Made by a program: the position numbers and the translations under genes
Part shown: positions 17,303-27,120 of the stretch, piece by piece
Layout of the letters: the number at the start of each line of letters is the position of its first letter
Position numbering within the stretch: the stretch's first letter is position 1
The notes under the pieces: model-generated
Told to the model about the DNA's origin: nothing
Databases searched by the model: none
Seen by the model: only the letters and a program-made list of their open reading frames with translations
Source: an uncultured Candidatus Saccharibacteria bacterium
GTDB lineage: Bacteria > Patescibacteriota > Minisyncoccia > Phycocordibacterales > CAIZLB01
DNA length: 64,000 nucleotides
Assembly (NCBI GenBank): GCA_964550955.1
Contig: CAZKAF010000003.1
Location: 7,489-71,488 of the forward strand
Direction of reading: 5' to 3'

Positions 17303-18193
17303 TTGCTTTTTTATGATAAAATTACATTCGTGAACATTCTGCCCCAGCTTATAATAAACAGCGTAATTGCCGGGTCGATCTATTCCCTGGTGGCTCTCGG
17401 TTTCAATCTCATTTATGGAACTACCAAATTCTTCAATCTCGCTCACGGCGCCTTGGCGGCCATCGGCGGGTATGCAGTTTTCTATCTTTCGAAGTCTTTA
17501 GGCTTTCCCTTGATGCCGAGCATTGCCGCGGGAATGCTCGTCGCCGGCCTTGCCGGATACCTGATTGACAGGAGCGTCTTTCGCGCGCTGAGAAAAAGAA
17601 AAGCTTCAGGCATGGTTTTTCTGGTGGCGTCGCTTGGAATCATGACAGCGCTTCAGGCCATTATCGCCATCCTGTTTACCAGTCAGTTTCAGACGCTTTC
17701 GTTCAGCGGCGACTTCAGGGCATATCAGATATTTGGCGGGGTCATTACTCAGGTTCAGCTGGCTATCCTCTTTTCCGTCGCGGTCATCGCTCTTGCCTTG
17801 TCCCTCGCATTCAAATATACGCGTTTTGGCAAAGTGGTGCGCGCGGTAAGCGACGATGAGGAGGTGTCAAAAATCGTGGGAATAAACACTGACAAGGTCA
17901 TCGGAAGGGTATTTTTCGCTGGATCCGCGCTCGCCGGCCTTGCCGGAATCCTAGTCGGTCTTGATACGGGCATCGAGCCGACCATGGGAACGGCGCTCCT
18001 GTTCAAGGGGGTAATAGCTTCCATTATCGGAGGGATAGGGAACGTATACGGGGGAGTGCTCGGCGCGTTCCTTCTCGGATTCGTCGAGAACTTCGGCATC
18101 TGGAAGATTTCGGGCGAATGGAAGGATGCCATCGCGTTCGGCGTGCTGCTGATTTTCCTCCTGGTCCGCCCTCAGGGAATATTTAAGAAATAG
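17303..18193 (+). CDS. livH: branched-chain amino acid-type ABC transporter permease (LivH-like)
   Basis: 296 aa polytopic; N-terminus ...LIINSVIAGSIYSLVALGFNLIYGTTKFFNLAHGAL typical of LivH. Confidence 0.7.
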   Translation: MLFYDKITFVNILPQLIINSVIAGSIYSLVALGFNLIYGTTKFFNLAHGALAAIGGYAVFYLSKSLGFPLMPSIAAGMLVAGLAGYLIDRSVFRALRKRKASGMVFLVASLGIMTALQAIIAILFTSQFQTLSFSGDFRAYQIFGGVITQVQLAILFSVAVIALALSLAFKYTRFGKVVRAVSDDEEVSKIVGINTDKVIGRVFFAGSALAGLAGILVGLDTGIEPTMGTALLFKGVIASIIGGIGNVYGGVLGAFLLGFVENFGIWKISGEWKDAIAFGVLLIFLLVRPQGIFKK

Positions 18194-18971
18194 CTTTTTT
18201 CTGCAAGAGATCCCATGTGCACATGAAAAAGCTTTTGATCATGGCCACGATGGTCTTTGATTCTATGATGACGGAATATATCTCGTTGTCCGCGAGAGAG
18301 AAAAAAGCGACCTTGTTTCCATAAATGCACAATGATCCGTCAAAATAATAGTTCTCGGGCATAAGGCGAATTTCCCGATTGCTGTCTTCCTTGTACACGG
18401 ACGATATCTCGCTTGCGCCGGCCGGCACCAAAATCATCCTTGTATGAACCTGGTGCCTCTTTTTTATCTTATCGAGCTTTTCCGGAAAACCCCGGGGGAG
18501 GATTTTGCTAAGCAGGGTATTTGAAACGGTGAATATCTGCCTAACGTCTTTTACCTGTTCCTTGCTGAATATTTCGTCAAAGACTAATTTAACCCCATCG
18601 TTGCCCGTATAGGTCCTAACGGAGGAATGGGTTCTTGCGCTCGACCGCAAGCTCTCAAGCGTCGGGAGCAGGTCTTGAAACATCCTCTGCTTTTCCTGGA
18701 GATCGTTTTGCATGCGAGAGGGATGTTCAGCCAGGAAATGGCTTACATTATTGATCTTATATAAACTTACGAGTTTGCTCGACATCAGCCTGTCTAGGTT
18801 GAGGTAAACGGTGCTTCGGGGGAGCGACAAGCTTTTTGCTACCTGAAAAGCAGTGTTCTTTGTCCTTTCGGTTCCTACTTTTAGAAGAAAAATGTAAATA
18901 TTGGCAGCTTCGGAAGAGAGGCCGATTCTGCCCAATTGTTCTATTATTTTATCATCAGGCGTTACTGTCAT
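18183..18971 (-). CDS. TrmB-family HTH transcriptional regulator (paralog 3)
   Basis: HTH region IGLSSEAANIYIFLLKVGTERTKNTAFQVAKSLSLPRSTVYLNLDRLMSSKLV; convergent 11-nt overlap with livH. Confidence 0.55.
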   Translation of the reverse strand: MTVTPDDKIIEQLGRIGLSSEAANIYIFLLKVGTERTKNTAFQVAKSLSLPRSTVYLNLDRLMSSKLVSLYKINNVSHFLAEHPSRMQNDLQEKQRMFQDLLPTLESLRSSARTHSSVRTYTGNDGVKLVFDEIFSKEQVKDVRQIFTVSNTLLSKILPRGFPEKLDKIKKRHQVHTRMILVPAGASEISSVYKEDSNREIRLMPENYYFDGSLCIYGNKVAFFSLADNEIYSVIIESKTIVAMIKSFFMCTWDLLQKKAIS

Positions 18972-19105
18972 ATTTTATGACTACATTTATACCTTATTTA
19001 GTCATTATCTGTCAACATATTTATATAACATGGCGTATATTTGTCATATTTTATATACAGTACTTCTATCTTGTTTCATAATGGTTTTGTTACAAATAAG
19101 TTCAA

Positions 19106-20179
19106 TTGCAAATGAAAAAACTAATAATTATCAGCGTTGCGGCGCTAGTCGTCGCGTCAGTCGTCGCATTTCGGTTTAAAGATGCGCAGCCCTCGGTTGT
19201 AAAAATCGGAATCGTTGCGCCCCTGACTGGCGGAGCGAGCGTGTTCGGCAACTCGCTGGTCAAAGGAGTAGAGATGGCGTTAAGGGACTTGGAGGGTTCA
19301 AAATACAATTATGAGCTGGTGATCGAAGATGATGCTACCAATATCGCGCAATCAGCCAGCGCGGCAAACAAGCTCGCGTCAATTGACAAGGTTTCCGTAA
19401 TCATCTCGGTTACCGCCGGTACCGGCTCTGCCGTGGCGCCGATTGCGGATGCGAACAAGATAGTGCACGTCTGCGTCGCTTGCGCTGACAAGAAGATTGC
19501 CTTCGGGGATTACAGCTATATAAGCAGCGTGTTGCCGGAAGATGAGGCAAAACGATGGTTCGAGGAGGCGATGCTTGCCAGCCCCCAGACAATCGGCCTG
19601 CTTACGATGAATCATCCGGGCGTAAATGCGATTACGGATGAAGTAAAAAGGCAGGCGAAAGAAAAAGGGGTCAGGATCGTTTTTGAAGAGCGATTTGACG
19701 GGACTAACCGCGATTTTAAGACAATCGTCTTGAAGGCAAAGGAAGCGAATGCTGATATCTACTATCTCCAAACGCTTCCTCCGGCGCTCGATATCATCGG
19801 CAAGGACATCAACGACCTTGGTCTTAGGAATGTTGCCGGAGGGGCGGGCACCTTTACCATCGGCGCCAACCTGCGATTGTTCGAAGGAAACTGGTATACA
19901 GAGGCGATGGTGACAGACGGGGAGTTCCAGAATCGGTTTGCTAGCTTGCATCCTGAAACCAGATTCAACATTCGTACCGCGCCTTTCGGATATGACATAT
20001 TCAACATCGTAGTCCTGGGCATTGAAAGCGACGGGGGGTTGGTTTCATATCTGAAGAATCTCGGGGGTTACTCGGGGATTGTCGGCAATCTTTCAAAAGA
20101 CGCCGATCATAACTATATAAAAGCTATTCCGGGCATCTGGAAGATTGAGAACGGGCAAGCGTTACCGATTAAAAAATAG
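19106..20179 (+). CDS. ABC transporter substrate-binding protein, LivK/Peripla_BP_6 family (SBP paralog 3)
   Basis: VKIGIVAPLTGGASVFGNSLVKGVEMALRDL...KYNYELVIEDDATNIAQSASAANKLASIDKVS; close paralog of SBP 1. Confidence 0.7.
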   Translation: MQMKKLIIISVAALVVASVVAFRFKDAQPSVVKIGIVAPLTGGASVFGNSLVKGVEMALRDLEGSKYNYELVIEDDATNIAQSASAANKLASIDKVSVIISVTAGTGSAVAPIADANKIVHVCVACADKKIAFGDYSYISSVLPEDEAKRWFEEAMLASPQTIGLLTMNHPGVNAITDEVKRQAKEKGVRIVFEERFDGTNRDFKTIVLKAKEANADIYYLQTLPPALDIIGKDINDLGLRNVAGGAGTFTIGANLRLFEGNWYTEAMVTDGEFQNRFASLHPETRFNIRTAPFGYDIFNIVVLGIESDGGLVSYLKNLGGYSGIVGNLSKDADHNYIKAIPGIWKIENGQALPIKK

Positions 20180-20187
20180 GTGTTAGA

Positions 20188-21063
20188 ATGGAGCGAATGG
20201 AATACTTCATTCACCTCGCGATTCTGGTTTCGATTTATGCGATGCTCGGCCTGTCGCTCAACCTGATTGTCGGATATGCGGGGCTCCTGTCCATGACGCC
20301 GGCCGCGTTCTATGGAATCGGGGCGTATGCGACAGCCATTCTCATGACTTCGCACGGAATGAACTTCTTCCTTTCCGTCCTTGTCGGAATGGTCGTCTCC
20401 GCCGCGATTGCCCTCTTGGTCGGCTTCGTCCTGTCAAAATTTGACGGAGATTATTTTGCTCTCGGATCGTTCGGATTCAATATCATCATTTTCAGCATCT
20501 TTCTTAATTGGCAGGAGCTTACGCGGGGCCCTCTCGGCATTCCTGGAATTGGCCGACCGACCGCGTTTGGATTTGAATTTTCAGAGAATCTCTCGTTCCT
20601 TGTCCTGAGCGTCCTTTTTGCAGCTGCGGCATACTGGGCGGCGCAGTTCATCGGGAATTCCTCGTTCGGCCGCGTGCTCAAGGCGATTCGCGAAGACGAA
20701 AGAGCCATTCAGGTGTTCGGGTACAACACTCACTATTATAAGCTCGCCATTTTTGTCATCGGCGCGATGATGGGCGCGGTCGCAGGTTCTCTTTTTGCTT
20801 CGTACATCACGTTCATTGACCCGTCTTCATTCGGCTTGACCGAATCCATCTTCATTCTCGCCATCATCATCTTGGGAGGCCTGGCAAACAACAAAGGAGC
20901 AATTCTCGGAGCGGCGTTTCTCATTCTTCTTCCCGAAGCGCTGCGCTTTGTCGGCTTTCCGTCCGACGTTGCCGCCCAGCTGCGTCAAGTCGTCTACGGC
21001 CTCATTCTCGTGGGCCTGATGCTGTACAGGCCTCAAGGGCTGGTCGGGGAATATAAGCTATAA
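20188..21063 (+). CDS. livM: branched-chain amino acid-type ABC transporter permease (LivM-like)
   Basis: 291 aa polytopic; LNLIVGYAGLLSMTPAAFYGIGAYATAIL typical of LivM. Confidence 0.65.
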   Translation: MERMEYFIHLAILVSIYAMLGLSLNLIVGYAGLLSMTPAAFYGIGAYATAILMTSHGMNFFLSVLVGMVVSAAIALLVGFVLSKFDGDYFALGSFGFNIIIFSIFLNWQELTRGPLGIPGIGRPTAFGFEFSENLSFLVLSVLFAAAAYWAAQFIGNSSFGRVLKAIREDERAIQVFGYNTHYYKLAIFVIGAMMGAVAGSLFASYITFIDPSSFGLTESIFILAIIILGGLANNKGAILGAAFLILLPEALRFVGFPSDVAAQLRQVVYGLILVGLMLYRPQGLVGEYKL

Positions 21064-21065
21064 TC

Positions 21066-21800
21066 ATGAAATCTTTAGAAATCAAAAAACTGCATAAGCA
21101 TTTTGACGGAATAAAAGCCGTGAACGGGCTGTCCGTTTCTTTTGAGGCGGGGAAAATCACGGGACTTATCGGTCCTAACGGGTCCGGCAAGTCGACGCTC
21201 ATCAATCTTCTTACGGGGGTCAATTCTTTTGATTCGGGCATCGTGGTCGTCGCGGAGACAACTTCGCTTTCAAAGATGCTTTCTCATGAGATAAGGGATT
21301 TCGGCATGACGCGGACGTTTCAGGATGTGAGGCTCTTCGAGCAAATGCCCGTGCTCGACAACGTCCTTCTTGCGCTCACTGAACGCGGCCCGACTGCGGC
21401 ATTGCTTGAGAGGCACAAGGCGTATCACCTGAAGCAGGCCGAGGAGGTCTTGGAACAGGTCGGTCTGTGGGAAAAGAGGAATGAGCTGGCCGTCAACCTG
21501 TCGTACGGGCAGCGCAAGCTTCTTGAGGTGGCGCGGGCATCGGCGATGAATGCCGGAATATATTTCTTCGACGAGCCGTTTGCGGGATTGTTTCCTGAGA
21601 TGATCAAGACGGTCGCCTCCATCTTGCGCGGGCTGCGAGATGCCGGAAAGACGGTCATACTGGTTGAGCACAACATGGAGCTTATCAGGGAGCTTTCTGA
21701 CTATTGCATCGTCATGGACGCGGGCAAGCTTTTGGCGGAAGGGAATCCGACAGAAGTCCTGTCGCGAAAAGAGGTAATTGAGGCATACTTGGGCGAATAG
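21066..21800 (+). CDS. livG: ABC transporter ATP-binding protein (LivG-like)
   Basis: Walker A GPNGSGKST, signature LSYGQRKLLEV, Walker B IYFFDEPFAGL. Confidence 0.75.
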   Translation: MKSLEIKKLHKHFDGIKAVNGLSVSFEAGKITGLIGPNGSGKSTLINLLTGVNSFDSGIVVVAETTSLSKMLSHEIRDFGMTRTFQDVRLFEQMPVLDNVLLALTERGPTAALLERHKAYHLKQAEEVLEQVGLWEKRNELAVNLSYGQRKLLEVARASAMNAGIYFFDEPFAGLFPEMIKTVASILRGLRDAGKTVILVEHNMELIRELSDYCIVMDAGKLLAEGNPTEVLSRKEVIEAYLGE

Positions 21801-21815
21801 CCGTCAATTGTCGAA

Positions 21816-22643
21816 TCAGGCTACTTTCTTTTTCCATTCTCTCATGTATTCGTTGAAGTCAATTTTCTTGCCATAGCCTTTGGCCAAAACATACAGCTCC
21901 TTCAGGAAATCAATCATGTCTTGGTTTTCGATCTTGATGCCGACTTCATTTTCCCAGTTCATGAGAAATGCATGAGATGAAGTGATGAATAATTCGGCAT
22001 TGTTGTTGAGATATTCATTGCTCACTTTCGTCACGTCCGCCCTTCTGTCCAGGAAGCTCTCGATGATCTTTTTCTGAACGCCTGGCTGTCCGGCATATGT
22101 CCGCATGTAAGAAGGGAAGCCGTCTTCTTTCATGATGGCATCCATGATCACCTTGTTTTTCTTGATAGCGTCGTTGATGGGCACGAATTCGCCCGGCTTG
22201 AATAGCTTGAGCGTATGCATAAGCGATCTTGTGGGCTGGATCACGTATATCCTCCGATTTTTTTCATATGCAAGACTTTCCCACACTTGAAGCATGGCTT
22301 TTTTGCCGTATATCAAGGTGAAGCCGGAACTCTTGCCCGTTTTGCTTATGCTGGAAACTCGGATATTGCCCTCAAGGCTGAGGGCCGCCGCGCTTTCGGC
22401 GAACAGGTCTGAGATCTTGTCGGCAGGCACGGACGATATCAGCACCGATTTGCCTTGAGGAAATTTGGCAATAAGTCCTCGGCCCTGAAGGGAAGAAATC
22501 GCGGTGTAGAGAGTCGTGCGAGGGAAACGCGTCCGCTCGGAAAGCAGGGATATGTTCGAAGGGCCGCTTTCCAGGGCCTGGAGAATCTTATATTCCTGAG
22601 GAGTAAGGTTAAGGAGAGATACTGCTTTGGGGCTAAGGGGCAT
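21816..22643 (-). CDS. TrmB-family HTH transcriptional regulator (paralog 4)
   Basis: HTH LTPQEYKILQALESGPSNISLLSERTRFPRTTLYTAISSLQGRGLIAK. Confidence 0.55.
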   Translation of the reverse strand: MPLSPKAVSLLNLTPQEYKILQALESGPSNISLLSERTRFPRTTLYTAISSLQGRGLIAKFPQGKSVLISSVPADKISDLFAESAAALSLEGNIRVSSISKTGKSSGFTLIYGKKAMLQVWESLAYEKNRRIYVIQPTRSLMHTLKLFKPGEFVPINDAIKKNKVIMDAIMKEDGFPSYMRTYAGQPGVQKKIIESFLDRRADVTKVSNEYLNNNAELFITSSHAFLMNWENEVGIKIENQDMIDFLKELYVLAKGYGKKIDFNEYMREWKKKVA

Positions 22644-22799
22644 GAGCGAAGGCTAGCATGTGACGATAATGTCGTCAATACAATGTAAAAGAATGTTCTT
22701 ATATGAAGCCGTCATGATGCGAAAGTAATCATTTCCTCGTATTATTTTGTATGTTTGCGCGCATTTCTCCATAATGGCCTCGTGAATAAAAATAAAAGC

Positions 22800-23888
22800 A
22801 TGAAAAACATCGCCGTCCTTGTCGCGCTTGCCGCCGCCATTGTTTTCGGGACGGCATTGTTCAAGGACGAAGGCGGCGATGCTGCACGCAGCGAAATTAT
22901 TAGAGTCGGCGTTATCATTCCGTTGTCTGGCCAATATGCCGCCCTGGGGGAGAGCAATCGCAATGCCATCCTCATGGCAAAAGAAGAACTCAAAGCCCAT
23001 AATATCGAGGTTTTCTTTGAGGATGACAAATACGATGCAAAGACGGCGGTTTCCGCATATCAAAAGCTGAAGAATATTGACGGCATCGATGCCGTCATAA
23101 TGACCAGCGCTCCGTCTATCCAGTCAGTCGCCCCTCTGACGAATCAGGGCAATATTCCTCTTTTGGGCCTCGGCGGCACTGTCGTTTATGAAAAAGATTC
23201 CGTTTTCCAATTGATGCCCTCGAGCAATCTGCTGTTTCCTGCGCTCGGAAAGATTTCCGGGGATATGTATAAAAAGATAGCCGTAGTTCACAGCAACGCT
23301 CCGTTGTTCCTCGAGAATGCCAAAGCTTTCATGAAAGGCGTTCCGTCCGGTACCGATGCCCGGTACGTGACTGTCAATCCGGCAAGCGATTACCGAACCG
23401 AAGTCCAAAAGATTATTGCCTCAGGTCCTGATGCTGTGACCACCCTTTTGCCGAAGGAGGACGCCATAAAATTCTTGAGGGCGCTCCGGGTGCAGGATGC
23501 CCAGGGAAAGATCAAGGTTATCTGTGATTTTGGCACTGAAATTTATCCCGATGAATATGCCGCCGCGATAGGGAAGGAAAGGCTGGAAGGATGCATTTCT
23601 ACGAACTTGGCAGATACGGCCGCCTCCGATTTCATGGAAAGATATAAGGGGAAATACGGAAGCGACCTGCAGATTACCGGAGATTTCGCGTATGACGCTC
23701 TCGGCATCATTAAAAAGTTGAGCGAAAATTATCCGAAAGATGCATGGGTTGAAAAGCTTCAGTCTCCGGATTTCGAATACCGGGGAGGCGTCTCGGGCGA
23801 TATCAGATTTAACGATGACGGAACCCGTCTTGATTTGCCGCCGAAAGTAAACGTGTTCAAGGAAGGCAAGTTTGTCCCTATGAAATAA
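22800..23888 (+). CDS. ABC transporter substrate-binding protein, LivK/Peripla_BP_6 family (SBP paralog 4)
   Basis: start chosen at MKNIAVLVALAAA (22800); IRVGVIIPLSGQYAALGESNRNAILMAKEEL...FEDDKYDAKTAVSAYQKL. Confidence 0.65.
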   Translation: MKNIAVLVALAAAIVFGTALFKDEGGDAARSEIIRVGVIIPLSGQYAALGESNRNAILMAKEELKAHNIEVFFEDDKYDAKTAVSAYQKLKNIDGIDAVIMTSAPSIQSVAPLTNQGNIPLLGLGGTVVYEKDSVFQLMPSSNLLFPALGKISGDMYKKIAVVHSNAPLFLENAKAFMKGVPSGTDARYVTVNPASDYRTEVQKIIASGPDAVTTLLPKEDAIKFLRALRVQDAQGKIKVICDFGTEIYPDEYAAAIGKERLEGCISTNLADTAASDFMERYKGKYGSDLQITGDFAYDALGIIKKLSENYPKDAWVEKLQSPDFEYRGGVSGDIRFNDDGTRLDLPPKVNVFKEGKFVPMK

Positions 23889-23889
23889 G

Positions 23890-24735
23890 CTATTCGCTGT
23901 CAAAATCGATAAGCTTTCTTGCGATTTTCTCATTCTGATCGTACTTGCCGAGCAAGTATTTGGTCGAGTTGAACATCTCCTTCACGAGTTCGAACACGTC
24001 TTTGTTCTCGATGATTACTGCAAATTCCTCGTGCCAGTTGACGATCGCCACCTTGTCTTCATAGAGATAGATTTCCGCCTTCGTCTTATTTAAGAAATTG
24101 TTCGGCAGCTTGGCCGTGTCTGCCGAACGGTTGGCGAAGCTTCTAAGCAGCTCAAGTCCTTCGTTCTCGGGCAGGGCGGCAAACATCGAATCGGTGCCTC
24201 TTTCATGAACGATTCCCTCGACTATCATTCTCTTTGCGTTTATTCTCTGATTGAAGCTGATAATTTTTTCAATCGGATTTCTTGTTACTGCCGCGATGAT
24301 GGACTGTTCTGGCTGGATGCCGAAGAAGCGGCTTTTTGGAGGCATGCTCAGGATTTCGTCGAAGACGGTCAGGACCTTTTCGTTGCCTTGGTAAAGGCCG
24401 ATTCGCGCGGCATCTGAGATTGCCCGGACCTCGCTGCTCCCTCCGCCGTTTTCGGCATCTGACGCGCCCTTAAACCTCTTCAGAGCTTCCTCGTACGCAT
24501 TGCATATGTCTTCGTCGCTCGCTTTTCTCCATAGGATTTTCCTGCTTCTCCTCACTTTTTCCAGAAACCCGCGCTCCTGCAATCTTGGCAGCATGTAGTA
24601 TAGGGAAGTGCGGGGTATTTGCGTGGAGAGTGCCAAATCGGACACGGCTTGCTCTTTGAAAGAGAGCGCTTTCAGGATGGTCACGTCATTCGCGCACAAT
24701 CCCAGAAGGACGGAAGATTTCTTGTCTATGTGCAT
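23890..24735 (-). CDS. TrmB-family HTH transcriptional regulator (paralog 5)
   Basis: HTH LGLCANDVTILKALSFKEQAVSDLALSTQIPRTSLYYMLPRLQERGFLEK. Confidence 0.55.
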   Translation of the reverse strand: MHIDKKSSVLLGLCANDVTILKALSFKEQAVSDLALSTQIPRTSLYYMLPRLQERGFLEKVRRSRKILWRKASDEDICNAYEEALKRFKGASDAENGGGSSEVRAISDAARIGLYQGNEKVLTVFDEILSMPPKSRFFGIQPEQSIIAAVTRNPIEKIISFNQRINAKRMIVEGIVHERGTDSMFAALPENEGLELLRSFANRSADTAKLPNNFLNKTKAEIYLYEDKVAIVNWHEEFAVIIENKDVFELVKEMFNSTKYLLGKYDQNEKIARKLIDFDSE

Positions 24736-24935
24736 GCTGAAATATTAGTCTTTGTCGAAAATTTAGTCAATCTAAATCCAGGAAATCCTTATCTATAAAG
24801 GGTATACAGGTATTTGTTAAAAATAATAAACTTTTTTACAAGCTCGTAATTGTGTTTTATAGTGATGCTGCTTAGGATTTATCAATAAGCCATCCTGCAG
24901 CCCGCCAGACGGCATTTAACGCAATAAAATACTTT

Positions 24936-26027
24936 ATGAAGAAAAATACAAAAATAATTTGGTCAGCGCTTGTCCTGCTGGCAGTCGTTGTCGCGCTTGG
25001 CATCGGATTTGCCAACAGTTCCAAGCAGCCGGAATCCCTTTCACTCGGCTTGATGCTTCCGTTGTCGGGCGATTATGCGGTAGCGGGCGAGAATTATCGG
25101 AAAGGAGTCGAGCTCGCGTTGGATCAGTACAAAAAAGAGCATCCTGACGCGGTCATAAGGCTGGTCGTGGAAGACGACGGCTTTGATGCCAAAAAGGGCG
25201 TGAGCGCCTACAGGAAGCTTGTTGATTTCGACAAGGTTGACGCGATCATGATGCTTTCCACGCCCGTAATAGACGCAATCCATCAGGATGCGGTCAAGAC
25301 CGGCATTCCCGTCATGCAGCTCGGAATTCAAACGGTCGGAATCGCCAAAGACAACATATTTCAGATTAGCCCTTCGGGAGAGGCTCCCATAGCTGAATTT
25401 GCCGATTATCTCACGAAAAATTATTCTTTCTCGAAAATGGCGGTCATGTACGACAACACGGCCGGCGGATTGAGTTTCTTCAAGGCGTTTCAGGATGGTT
25501 ATAAAGGAAACTTTACTCCGCTCATCGTCAATGCGAACGGAGACCTGAAGGGGTACGCCGCGAAAATCGCCGGCGAAGATTACGATGCCGTCATATTTCT
25601 CACTTCGCCGACAAATGGCGCGCTTGCGGTAAGGGAGATTCTCACGGTTGATCAGACCCCTCCGTTTTTCGGGTTCGATGCCCAGCTTCAGACGGGATTT
25701 GCGGATTACGAGAGGATTCTCGGCGATGCCAATAAATTGAACGGCGCCAGGTCGCTATGGCTGAAATCCGGCAATGCTGATCAGTTCAAGGTCGCATTCA
25801 ACGCGAAATTCGGCGAAGATCCGGGCTTCATTGCGGACTTCGGATATGACATCTTCAACGTGCTCGTAAAAAATCATGACAGCGACAATGCGAAATGGGT
25901 AAGCAATATTCAGAAAGTGAAGGAGGGCGGCGTTTCAGGACCTATCTCGTTTGATGAGAACGGGGTCAGGATTCAGCCTATCGTCGTGAACAAGATTGAG
26001 AACGGGCAAATAATGCAGATTGAATAG
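24936..26027 (+). CDS. ABC transporter substrate-binding protein, LivK/Peripla_BP_6 family (SBP paralog 5)
   Basis: LSLGLMLPLSGDYAVAGENYRKGVELALDQY...VEDDGFDAKKGVSAYRKLVDFDKVDAIMMLSTP. Confidence 0.7.
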   Translation: MKKNTKIIWSALVLLAVVVALGIGFANSSKQPESLSLGLMLPLSGDYAVAGENYRKGVELALDQYKKEHPDAVIRLVVEDDGFDAKKGVSAYRKLVDFDKVDAIMMLSTPVIDAIHQDAVKTGIPVMQLGIQTVGIAKDNIFQISPSGEAPIAEFADYLTKNYSFSKMAVMYDNTAGGLSFFKAFQDGYKGNFTPLIVNANGDLKGYAAKIAGEDYDAVIFLTSPTNGALAVREILTVDQTPPFFGFDAQLQTGFADYERILGDANKLNGARSLWLKSGNADQFKVAFNAKFGEDPGFIADFGYDIFNVLVKNHDSDNAKWVSNIQKVKEGGVSGPISFDENGVRIQPIVVNKIENGQIMQIE

Positions 26028-26072
26028 ACGGAACGAATAGATAATTACCGGGATACAAGATAGAATGGAATC

Positions 26073-26795
26073 ATGCAAAAAGAAATGCTTCTGGAACTGA
26101 AAGACGTCAGGGTGCATTACGGAGGGGTCAGGGCCTTGGATGGCGCGGCTATCAGGATTGATGGGGGCGAAATCGTGGCGCTCATGGGTCCGAACGGCGC
26201 GGGAAAATCAACAGTCCTGAAAGCCATATTTGGCCTGGCTCGCATGGAATCGGGCAGCGTAATCTGGGAAGGTCGCGAAATCAAGCTTAAGCCATACGAG
26301 GTGGTGGAGCTTGGAATATCGCTTGTTCCTCAAGGCAAGCGCGTGTTCAAGCATCTCTCGGTCTATGAAAATATTGAAATCGGCGGGCATGCGATCAAGA
26401 ATAAGGCGGTTCTGAAAGAGCGAATCAGCGAAGCCCTTGATATTTTCCCCGCGCTGAAGGAAAAATTAAATCAGAAGGCGGGACAGCTTTCAGGAGGACA
26501 GCAGCAAATGGTCGCCATTGCCCGCGGCCTGGTTACTGATCCGAAGCTTTTGCTTCTGGATGAGCCGTCCCTCGGCCTTGCTCCGAAGGTGGTAAAGGAG
26601 GTCTTTGCGAAGATAAAGGAGGCCAATGAAAAAAGAAACACGGCGATTATCATCGTGGAGCATAATCTCAAGTCGCTTTTGGAAATTACCGATAGGGCAT
26701 ACGTGCTTGATAAGGGGAAAGTTGTCGCGGAAGGAAAAGGCGGGGATTTTCTTCAGAGCGACATCCTGGAAAAGGTGTTCATGGGAAAACAATGA
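26073..26795 (+). CDS. livF: ABC transporter ATP-binding protein (LivF-like)
   Basis: Walker A GPNGAGKST, signature LSGGQQQMVAIARGL, Walker B LLLLDEPSLGL; 240 aa. Confidence 0.75.
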   Translation: MQKEMLLELKDVRVHYGGVRALDGAAIRIDGGEIVALMGPNGAGKSTVLKAIFGLARMESGSVIWEGREIKLKPYEVVELGISLVPQGKRVFKHLSVYENIEIGGHAIKNKAVLKERISEALDIFPALKEKLNQKAGQLSGGQQQMVAIARGLVTDPKLLLLDEPSLGLAPKVVKEVFAKIKEANEKRNTAIIIVEHNLKSLLEITDRAYVLDKGKVVAEGKGGDFLQSDILEKVFMGKQ

Positions 26796-26885
26796 TTGCG
26801 GTCGCAAGAATATCGCGGTCGATGCCGTGTGCCTGCCGGCTCGCCTGGATTGATGTCCGGGTTGAATCGCGCGAAGATTGATATT

Positions 26886-26925
26886 GATCAAATGAAAATG
26901 CCCTAACAGCAGTTAGGGCATTTTC
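26886..26925. terminator. bidirectional terminator-like perfect palindrome
   Basis: gaaaatgccctaac-agcag-ttagggcattttc between livF and tRNA-Val. Confidence 0.55.
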
Positions 26926-26970
26926 ATGATAAGGGCAAGCGCCTTGTCGAAAGGGCTTGTCGGCTTACGG

Positions 26971-27043
26971 TGGGGGATACAGGACTCGAACCTGTGACCT
27001 TCTCAGTGTAAATGAGTTGCTCTACCAACTGAGCTAATCCCCC
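26971..27043 (-). tRNA. tRNA-Val (anticodon TAC)
   Basis: reverse complement gggggattagctcagttggtagagcaactcatTTACActgagaaggtcacaggttcgagtcctgtatccccca aligns closely with bacterial tRNA-Val(UAC). Confidence 0.75.
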
Positions 27044-27120
27044 GATGACGCCACTATACAGCATAATTATTTTAATTTCAAACATTTGAAAACGGCCTCG
27101 CGCATGGTACTGTAACGTCA

